DNA of 64,000 nt, from contig OZ241892.1 in assembly GCA_965203485.1 (NCBI GenBank), positions 1 to 64,000 of the forward strand, given 5' to 3'. This document shows, one piece after another, positions 38,384-46,232 of the stretch. Under the pieces are notes generated by a model that was not told where the DNA came from, searched no databases, and saw nothing but the letters and a program-made list of their open reading frames with translations. The position numbers were made by a program, and so were the translations under genes. Source of the stretch: Longimicrobiales bacterium. Its GTDB lineage: Bacteria; Gemmatimonadota; Gemmatimonadetes; Longimicrobiales; Gaopeijiaceae. Within the stretch, counting starts at the first letter, position 1. Each line of letters begins with the position of its first letter.

Positions 38384-38662
38384 ATGGAGAACTGGATCGG
38401 GGCGGCAGTCTGGGTGATCATGGGCGGCGCGATAGGCTTGGCCATGAAGCTGGTGGTCAAGAACCCGCGCGAGACTCGCGGGCATTCGACGCTCCTCGTG
38501 GTCCTGGGCGGATTCGCGGCGGCCATCGGCGGGATGCTGGGCGTGGGCATCTTCGAGTTCTACGACCCGGTGGCCCTCAGTCCGGGCGGCATGGCGGGAG
38601 CCGCCGTGTTCGCGGCGCTGATGACGTGGGTCTACCGGTGGGGCGTCAAGGGCCTCACGTGA
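38384..38662 (+). CDS. Small membrane protein (GlsB/YeaQ/YmgE-like)
   Basis: 92 aa, three Gly-rich TM segments (WVIMGGAIG, LGGFAAAIGG). Confidence 0.65.
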   Translation: MENWIGAAVWVIMGGAIGLAMKLVVKNPRETRGHSTLLVVLGGFAAAIGGMLGVGIFEFYDPVALSPGGMAGAAVFAALMTWVYRWGVKGLT

Positions 38663-40050
38663 CGCCCCCGGCGGACGCCGCCGCCGGTCCCCTTGGCTTC
38701 GCCCGCGAGGCGCGACCGCGGTTTCAGGACGAACTGTCCGACTTCCTGCGCATCCCGTCGGTCTCGGCCAAGAGCGAGCGGGACGGGGACACGGCTCGGG
38801 CCGCCGCGTGGCTGTGCCGTTGCATGCGCCAGGCCGGACTCCAAGCGGAGACGTTCTCCACCGCCCGCCACCCGGTGGTCCTGGGCGAATGGCGCGGGGC
38901 GCCTCGGGATGCGCCGACGCTCCTCGTCTACGGCCACTACGACGTCCAGCCGCCCGAGCCGCTGGAGCCTTGGGAGTCGCCGCCGTTCGAGCCCACGGTG
39001 CGGGAAGGGCGCATCTACGCGCGCGGCGCGGCCGACGACAAGGGACAGCTGTTCATGCACGTCAAGGCGCTGGAGAGCCACTTGGCGACGCGCGGGCGCC
39101 TGCCGGTCAACGTCGTGATGCTCGCCGAGGGCGAAGAGGAGATAGGGTCGCCGAACCTGCTTCCGTTCGTTCGGCGCCACAGGGCGAGGTTGCAGGCGGA
39201 TACGGTAGTGATCTCCGACTCGGCGATGTTCGCGCCCGGACAGCCGTCGCTGCTCTGCTCGCTGCGGGGCCTCGCGTACTTCGAGCTGCACGCCACCGGC
39301 CCGCCGGGCGACCTCCATTCGGGGGCCTACGGCGGGGCCGCGCGCAACCCCGCGAACGCGCTGGCCGGGCTGATCGGCGGCCTTCACGGCCCGGACGGCA
39401 CGATCGCCGTCGCCGGCTTCTACGACGACGTCGCGCCGCCGGAACAGGAGGAGACCGACCGCATCCGCGCCCTTCCGTTCGACGCGGGCGCCTTCGCCCG
39501 CGAGGCCGGCGGCGCCGCGCTGGAGGGAGGCGAAACGGCCTATTCTCCGCTGGAGCGCCTTTGGGTGCGTCCTTCTTGCGACGTCAACGGAATCGCGGCG
39601 GGCTACGCGGGAGAGGGCGCCAAGACGGTCCTCCCGTCGCGCGCGATGGCCAAGGTCAGCTTCCGGCTGGTGCCGAACCAGACGCCCGAGCGGGTGACGG
39701 CGCTTTTCGAGCAGCACGTGCGCGATCATGCGCCGCCGGGCGTGGACGTGCGGGTGACGGCGCTCCACGGAGCGCGTCCTTGGCGCGCCAAGCCGGCCGG
39801 ACCCGTCTTCGAGGCCGCGGCGCGCGCGCTGGAGGCGTCGTTCGGGACGCGTCCGTTGCTGGTCGGCGAGGGAGGCACGATTCCAATCGTCGTCGAACTC
39901 GAGGAGACGCTCGGAGCCGACACGCTTCTCATGGGGTTCGCGCTGCCCGGCGCCAACATGCACGCGCCCAACGAATGGCTCGCGCTGGATTGCTTCGAGC
40001 GGGGCCTCGACGCGCTTGTCCGTCTCTACGACGAGCTCGGGACCGAGTAG
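38659..40050 (+). CDS. M20-family dipeptidase
   Basis: YGHYDVQP, ARGAADDKGQ, EGEEEIGS, DLHSG, HAPNE. Confidence 0.92.
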   Translation: MTPPADAAAGPLGFAREARPRFQDELSDFLRIPSVSAKSERDGDTARAAAWLCRCMRQAGLQAETFSTARHPVVLGEWRGAPRDAPTLLVYGHYDVQPPEPLEPWESPPFEPTVREGRIYARGAADDKGQLFMHVKALESHLATRGRLPVNVVMLAEGEEEIGSPNLLPFVRRHRARLQADTVVISDSAMFAPGQPSLLCSLRGLAYFELHATGPPGDLHSGAYGGAARNPANALAGLIGGLHGPDGTIAVAGFYDDVAPPEQEETDRIRALPFDAGAFAREAGGAALEGGETAYSPLERLWVRPSCDVNGIAAGYAGEGAKTVLPSRAMAKVSFRLVPNQTPERVTALFEQHVRDHAPPGVDVRVTALHGARPWRAKPAGPVFEAAARALEASFGTRPLLVGEGGTIPIVVELEETLGADTLLMGFALPGANMHAPNEWLALDCFERGLDALVRLYDELGTE

Positions 40051-41564
40051 CGGGACTCAGCGCGTTGCCCGCCGAGCGGTCCGACGGCCGCCACGGCCCG
40101 GAGCAGCGCGCGGGCCTTGCTCATCGTTTCCTCGTACTCCCGCTCGGGATCCGAGTCGGCCACCACGCCGGCGCCGGCCTGCACGTGAGCCCGCCCGTCG
40201 CGGACCACCATCGTGCGGATCGTGATCGCAGTGTCCATTTGCCGTCCCCCCCAGCCGAGGTGTCCCACCGCGCCCGCGTACGGACCTCGCGCCGTCGGCT
40301 CCAGCTCGTCGATGATCTCCATCGCGCGCACCTTGGGCGCCCCGGTGACCGTCCCGGCCGGAAAGCACGCCGCCAGCACGTCGAGCGCCGACAGCCCGCT
40401 CCTGGCCCGGCCCTCGACCCGGCTGCACAGGTGCATGACGTGCGAGTAGCGCTCCACTTCCATGAGTTCGGGGACCGCGACGCTCCCGTATTCGGATACG
40501 CGGCCGACGTCGTTGCGGCCCAGATCCACGAGCATCCGGTGCTCCGCGAGCTCCTTCTCGTCGCGCGTCAGCTCCTCCGCGATCGCCTGGTCCTCCGCCG
40601 CCGTCTTGCCGCGGGGACGCGTGCCGGCGATGGGCCGCACGGTCACCACGCCGTCCTCCAGCCGCACGAGCACTTCGGGCGAGGAGCCGACGATGCTGAA
40701 GTCGTCGAGGTCGAGGTGGTAGAGATAGGGCGACGGGTTGATCGTCCGCAGCGCGCGGTAGAGATCGAAAGGCGGCCCGTCGAAGCGCGTCGCCAGGCGC
40801 TGGCTCAGCACGACCTGAAACGCGTCGCCCGCCGCGATGTATTCCTTGATGCGCCGCACTCCCGCGCAAAACGCCGCGCGTCCGAGGTTGCTCGCGCATG
40901 CCGGGTCTTCGGCGCCGGCCGCCAGTCCGAGCGGCGAAGGCCCGCCCTTCGAGCGCAGGCGGCCCACCGCTTCCTCGAGGCGGGCGCCGGCGCCGCCGTA
41001 GAGACGCGCCAGCGATTCGCGAGTCGGCGCGTCGCCCACGTCCACCGTGGCGATTGCCTTGGCGCGGCCGTTGAGGTTGTCGACCGCGACGACCACGTCG
41101 GGGAACATGACGAGCGCCTGCGGAAGGCCCTGGTCGTCCGGCGGGCCGGGACCGAGACGTTCGAGGCTCCGCACCACGTCGTAGCCGAAGTAGCCCACTG
41201 CGCCGCCCCAGAAGCGCGGCAGCCGTTCGTCGGGCCTCGGCACGGCTCCCGCCAGCCGCCGGTTCAGATCCTCCCAGGCGTCGACGGGCCCGACGTCCGA
41301 CCAGCCCTGGGCCGGCTCCCATGCCGACACCCGTCCTGCCTCCAACTTCCAGGCGCTGCGCGGGCGGCTGCCCAGGAAGCTGTAGCGCGCCCAGCGCTCG
41401 CCGCCGACCACGGATTCCAGCAGAAAGCCGAAGGGCCCGTCCTTGAGCTTGTGGTACGCCGTGACGGCCGTGTCGGCGTCGAAGAGGAACTCGCACCAAA
41501 CCGGCACGCGAGAGCCGGGTTGGGCTCGGCCCAGGAAGGAATCGAGCGACGGACGGAGGTTCAC
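40026..41564 (-). CDS. trpE: Anthranilate synthase component I
   Basis: FLLES, FQVVLSQR, NPSPY, GSSPE, PIAGTRPRG, KELAEHRMLVDLGRND, PAGTVTGAPK. Confidence 0.9.
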   Translation of the reverse strand: MNLRPSLDSFLGRAQPGSRVPVWCEFLFDADTAVTAYHKLKDGPFGFLLESVVGGERWARYSFLGSRPRSAWKLEAGRVSAWEPAQGWSDVGPVDAWEDLNRRLAGAVPRPDERLPRFWGGAVGYFGYDVVRSLERLGPGPPDDQGLPQALVMFPDVVVAVDNLNGRAKAIATVDVGDAPTRESLARLYGGAGARLEEAVGRLRSKGGPSPLGLAAGAEDPACASNLGRAAFCAGVRRIKEYIAAGDAFQVVLSQRLATRFDGPPFDLYRALRTINPSPYLYHLDLDDFSIVGSSPEVLVRLEDGVVTVRPIAGTRPRGKTAAEDQAIAEELTRDEKELAEHRMLVDLGRNDVGRVSEYGSVAVPELMEVERYSHVMHLCSRVEGRARSGLSALDVLAACFPAGTVTGAPKVRAMEIIDELEPTARGPYAGAVGHLGWGGRQMDTAITIRTMVVRDGRAHVQAGAGVVADSDPEREYEETMSKARALLRAVAAVGPLGGQRAESRYSVPSSS

Positions 41565-41659
41565 TTGGATCGCGGTCGAGCGGCGTGAGGGGGCGGCGGG
41601 CCTTGGCCGACGGCAAGGGGAAGTCTACGAAGGAGACGCGCGGCGACGCACCCGAGGCG

Positions 41660-43705
41660 ATGCGCGGCCCGGGAATCCCGGCCGAGCAGGCGGCTTCGGG
41701 CAAGCGGGACCCTCGGCGCGACGCGGGCTCGCCCCCCGTGCTGGTCGCCGTCGACACCGGCGGCACGTTCACCGATCTGCTCGCGCTGGACGACGGCGCG
41801 CTGCGGCGCCTGAAGATCCCGTCCACGCCCGACGATCCGAGCCGCGCGGTGCTCGACGGACTCCGGCGGCTGCTCGGCGGCCGGGACAGGTCCTTCGCGT
41901 TGCTGCACGGCACGACGGTCGCGACCAACGCGTTGCTGGAGCGGAAGGGCGCGAGAGTCGGGTTGGTCACCAACCGGGGCTTCGAGGACGTCCTGGAGAT
42001 CGGCCGGCAGAACCGTCCTCAGCTCTACGCGCTGGTGGGCGCTCGCAAGCCTCCGTTGGCGGCCCGCGGCGACCGCGTGGGCGTGCGCGGGCGGCTCGAT
42101 CCGAAGGGCGCCGAGCTTGAGCCGGTGGACGAGGCCGAGCTCCGGGCGCTCGCCGCCTGGGCCGCCGAGTTCGAATCGCTCGCCGTCTGCCTGCTGCACT
42201 CCTATGCCGATCCGGTTCACGAAGAGGCCGTGGCCGACGCCCTCGCTCCCCAAGGCAAGCCGGTCTCGGTGTCTTCGCGCATCCTTCCCGAGTTCAGGGA
42301 GTACGAGCGGACGTCCACGACGGTCGTCAACGCGTACGTGGCGCCGCTGGTGGCGGGATATCTGGCCAGGATCGAGGAGCAGGCCGGAGCGGAGCGGGTG
42401 CGCATCATGGGGTCCAACGGCGGGGCGGTTCCGGTGGCCCGCGCCGCGGAGGAGCCGGTGCGGACGGTGCTGTCGGGGCCGGCCGGAGGAGTCGTGGGGG
42501 CCGCGGACGCCGCTCGCCGCTCGGGGTTCGAGCGGATCGTGGCGTTCGACATGGGAGGCACTTCGACCGACGTGTCCATCTGTCCGGGCGAGATGCTCGC
42601 GACGCGCGAGTTCGCCGTGGACGGGCAGCCCGTGGCGATTCCGGTCCTGGACATCCACACGGTCGGCGCGGGCGGAGGCAGCATCGCGCGCCTGGACGCG
42701 GGGGGAGCTCTGAAGGTGGGGCCGGAGAGCGCAGGCGCCGTGCCGGGACCCGCATGCTACGGACGCGGGGGCACGGCGCTCACCGTCACCGACGCGCACG
42801 TGTGGCTGGGCCGTTTGCCCGCCGAGCGCTTTCTCGGAGGGGCCGAGCGCCTGGACCGCGGCGCGATCGGGCCCGTCCTGGACCACATCGCGGACGGGCT
42901 CGGCGCGAGCCGGGAAGAGACCGCCGAGGGGGTGGTGGCCGTCGCCAACAGCGCCATGGAGCGGGCGCTGCGCGTGATCTCGGTGGAGCGGGGCTACGAT
43001 CCCAAGGACTTCTGCCTGGTCGCCTTCGGGGGCGCCGGCGGCCTTCACGTGGCGGAGCTGGCGTCCCGAATCGGCGTGGCCGCGGCCTTGGTCCCGCCCG
43101 ATCCGGGGCTCCTCTCGGCCTACGGCATGCTCGTGGCTCCGGTGGCGCGCGAGGCGTCCCGGACCGTTCTCGGCCGCCGGATCGAATCGATGGGGCCGCT
43201 CTTCGCCGAACTCCGCCGGACCGCTGTCGAGGACCTCCTGGCCGAAGGCTGTCCGCCGGACGCCGTTCGCGTCTCCGAGACGGTGGACGCGCGCTACGCG
43301 GGCCAGAGCTTCGAGCTTCGGGTGCCGGCAAAGGGATGGAAAGACGCCTTCCACGCCGCCCACGCCCAGCGCTACGGCTACGAGAGGAGGGACGCCCGCG
43401 TCGAAGCGGTCACGTTGCGGGTTGCCGCCGAGGCGCCGCCCCCCGAAGTGACGCTGGCCGGACCCCGGCGCGGGAGCGCGCCCACGCCGTCGCCGACAAC
43501 CATTCGGGGCCCGAACGGATCAACTACGGCCAGCCTCCACGCGCGCGCTTCCCTGCGAGCCGGGGGCGAGTTCGCCGGACCGGCAGTGGTTGCCGAGTAC
43601 TCCGGAACCACCTGGATACCTGACGGCTGGACTTGTACTGTAATGGACACCGGCAGCCTGCTTCTGCGCGACGCGACGCGAGCGAGCCCACCCGTGGCGC
43701 GATGA
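41660..43705 (+). CDS. Hydantoinase/oxoprolinase A subunit
   Basis: DTGGTFTD, HGTTVATNALLE, SGPAGG, DMGGTSTD, GAGGGSIA, GPESAGAVPGPACY; start uncertain. Confidence 0.9.
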   Translation: MRGPGIPAEQAASGKRDPRRDAGSPPVLVAVDTGGTFTDLLALDDGALRRLKIPSTPDDPSRAVLDGLRRLLGGRDRSFALLHGTTVATNALLERKGARVGLVTNRGFEDVLEIGRQNRPQLYALVGARKPPLAARGDRVGVRGRLDPKGAELEPVDEAELRALAAWAAEFESLAVCLLHSYADPVHEEAVADALAPQGKPVSVSSRILPEFREYERTSTTVVNAYVAPLVAGYLARIEEQAGAERVRIMGSNGGAVPVARAAEEPVRTVLSGPAGGVVGAADAARRSGFERIVAFDMGGTSTDVSICPGEMLATREFAVDGQPVAIPVLDIHTVGAGGGSIARLDAGGALKVGPESAGAVPGPACYGRGGTALTVTDAHVWLGRLPAERFLGGAERLDRGAIGPVLDHIADGLGASREETAEGVVAVANSAMERALRVISVERGYDPKDFCLVAFGGAGGLHVAELASRIGVAAALVPPDPGLLSAYGMLVAPVAREASRTVLGRRIESMGPLFAELRRTAVEDLLAEGCPPDAVRVSETVDARYAGQSFELRVPAKGWKDAFHAAHAQRYGYERRDARVEAVTLRVAAEAPPPEVTLAGPRRGSAPTPSPTTIRGPNGSTTASLHARASLRAGGEFAGPAVVAEYSGTTWIPDGWTCTVMDTGSLLLRDATRASPPVAR

Positions 43706-43799
43706 CGTCGCCCGGCAGAGCGAGGCCCCTGCTCCCGCGGGGCGCGAACATGAGCGCACCCACTCCCCACGTCCCGGCTACGGCCATGCGAACGGCGAC

Positions 43800-46202
43800 A
43801 TGACCGCGAACGGCAGGCTCGCGTCCCGGCGCACCTCGGCCGGCGTCGGCGAGTTCGCAGCGAACGGCGAGGCTTGGCCGTACAAGTGGGCACTCGTCGC
43901 AACCGCGGCCGTGGCGGCCACGTACATCGCCACGCTGGCCCCGACGGCGGCCTTTTGGGACGCCAGCGAGTACATCGCCACGGCGCGCATCCTCGGAATC
44001 CCGCACCCGCCCGGGAATCCGCTGTTCGTGCTCATGGCCCGCGCTTGGCACATTCTGCTCGAGCCGCTGGGCTGGTCCACGGCAGTCCGCGTGAACTTGT
44101 TCTCGGCCATGGCGAGCGCTTCCGCGCACGGTCTGTGGTTTCTCGTCGTCCACCGCATCCTGGGCTTCTGCGGCGGCTCGCGGCCGTTTCGCCTCGTCGG
44201 CGCCTTCGCCGCGGTGCTGGTGAGCGCCACGGCGTTCACCGTCTGGAACCAGTCCAACGTCAACGAGAAGGTCTATTCGGTCTCGTTCTTCACCATCGCC
44301 CTGCTGTCATGGCTCGCGTTGCGGTGGCGCGACAGCCTGGGACGCGGCAAGGACGACAACCTGCTGTTGCTGATGACGTTCGTGCTGGCGCTCTCGGTGG
44401 GCAATCACCTGATGGCTTTCCTGGCGGCGCCTGCGCTGTTCCTCTTCGTGTGCTTGGTTCGGCCGCGCGCGCTCCTCCATTGGCGGCTGTATCCCGCCGT
44501 CCTGCTGGCCGGCATCCTGGGACTGTCGGTTCACCTGTTCCTCCCTCTGCGCGCCGCGCAGGACCCCGTCATCAACGAGGCTCAGCCCACGTGCGAGAGC
44601 TTCGGCGAAGCCGTGACGAGCGTGGTCACCTACGGGTACGCGGGGTGCCCCGAGTTGTCGTCGGCTCTGAAGCGGGAACAGTACGTGAAGCCGCCGGAAT
44701 CGATCCGCTTGGCGCCGTTGCGGGCGCAACTCCAGAACTGGTTCCAGTACTTCGACTGGCAATGGTCGCGCGGGCTCGACGGGAACGACGTCTTGTTCGG
44801 TCGTGGACGAGCGCCCTTCACGGCGCTGTTCGTCGTGCTGGGTTTGCTGGGGATGGCCGAGATGATCCGGCGAGATCCGAAGAGCGGCATCTACATGGCT
44901 TCGCTCTTCGTCATCTTGTCGGCCGGGTTGGTCTACTACATGAACTTCAAGTACGGCTACTCGATTCCGGCGCCGGAACCGGACACGCTCGATCTGCACG
45001 AGGTGCGCGAGCGGGACTACTTCTTCATCGTCGGCTTCTCGATCTGGGGACTGGCGGCCGGCGTCGGCATCGCCACGCTGTGGAGACGCGCCTGGGGCTT
45101 CTTGAGCGGGCGCGGATGGCCCGGGCGGTGGGCGGCGGCGACCGTCGCTCCGATCCTGGGCGTCGCCTTCGTTCCGCTGGCGCTCAACTACGAGCGCGCC
45201 AGGCGCGACTACGACTACTCGGCCCGGGACTGGGCGCACAACATCCTCATGAGCGTCGAGCCCTACGGCTTGATCTTCACCAACGGGGACAACGACACCT
45301 TCCCCCTGTGGTACTTGCAGGAAGTGGAAGGAATTCGCCGCGACGTGACCGTCGCCGTGACTTCCTATCTCGCCACGCCGTGGTACGTGACCCAGCTCGC
45401 CAAGCTCACGCGGCCCTGCGAGCCCGGCCAAGACCCGGATGCGGACCCAACGCGGATCGTCTGCCAGCGTCCGTACACTGCCGAGAACACCGGCGCCATG
45501 TACACCCACGACCCCGAGCTGGCCCTCGCTGCCGGCAAGACGCCCATCCTGCTGTCCGAACCCGTCCGCTTGCCCACCAAGTCCATATTCCCGCCGACGC
45601 TGACCGACGAGGTCGTCGACCGGATCGCGTTCGGCCAGCCCCCGTTCCTGGACACTGCCGTCACCGTGCAGCTTGGGCCGCTGTCCGCCCGGCTGGAAGG
45701 CCAACGGCCCATTGCGGCTCCGCAGCAGTTCCAGCTGCTCGCGATCAGGACGGCCATCGACGATCGTCCAGTGTACTTCGCCGGAAGCGGCGGCGTCGCC
45801 TTGCGGGTTCAGGGCGCCACGACGGCCAGCGGACTCCGCGCCCACGTCATTCGCGAGGGCGTGGCGTTCCGGCTGTGGCCGGGCGAACCGGCGGCCATTG
45901 CCGATCGCGACCTTCACCGCATCGACAACGAGGGCTGGGTGCTCGCCACCGCCAGGTGGGTCGACGTGGAGAAGACGCGCCTGCTGCTGGACGAGGTCTT
46001 CGTGCACAGCGCCGGCCTGCCGGACGAATGGGAGTTCTGGCCCGACCTGCCGTCCGTGGGCATAGCGAGCTACTACGGCTGGGCCCACTTGGCCTTGTAC
46101 GCCGCGGCCGCGTCCCGAGGCGACGAGGCCACGGCCACTCAGATGGCGAACCGCTACGAAGCCTGGGAGCGGTTGCGGGATCCCGAGAATCCCGAGGGAT
46201 AG
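43800..46202 (+). CDS. DUF2723 / TMEM260-like multi-pass glycosyltransferase
   Basis: FWDASEYIA...LGIPHPPGNPLF, NEKVY, EVRERDYFF, FTNGDNDTFPLWYLQEVEG. Confidence 0.85.
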   Translation: MTANGRLASRRTSAGVGEFAANGEAWPYKWALVATAAVAATYIATLAPTAAFWDASEYIATARILGIPHPPGNPLFVLMARAWHILLEPLGWSTAVRVNLFSAMASASAHGLWFLVVHRILGFCGGSRPFRLVGAFAAVLVSATAFTVWNQSNVNEKVYSVSFFTIALLSWLALRWRDSLGRGKDDNLLLLMTFVLALSVGNHLMAFLAAPALFLFVCLVRPRALLHWRLYPAVLLAGILGLSVHLFLPLRAAQDPVINEAQPTCESFGEAVTSVVTYGYAGCPELSSALKREQYVKPPESIRLAPLRAQLQNWFQYFDWQWSRGLDGNDVLFGRGRAPFTALFVVLGLLGMAEMIRRDPKSGIYMASLFVILSAGLVYYMNFKYGYSIPAPEPDTLDLHEVRERDYFFIVGFSIWGLAAGVGIATLWRRAWGFLSGRGWPGRWAAATVAPILGVAFVPLALNYERARRDYDYSARDWAHNILMSVEPYGLIFTNGDNDTFPLWYLQEVEGIRRDVTVAVTSYLATPWYVTQLAKLTRPCEPGQDPDADPTRIVCQRPYTAENTGAMYTHDPELALAAGKTPILLSEPVRLPTKSIFPPTLTDEVVDRIAFGQPPFLDTAVTVQLGPLSARLEGQRPIAAPQQFQLLAIRTAIDDRPVYFAGSGGVALRVQGATTASGLRAHVIREGVAFRLWPGEPAAIADRDLHRIDNEGWVLATARWVDVEKTRLLLDEVFVHSAGLPDEWEFWPDLPSVGIASYYGWAHLALYAAAASRGDEATATQMANRYEAWERLRDPENPEG

Positions 46203-46232
46203 GCGGACCGCCCGTCGCGGACCCGGCCGCGA

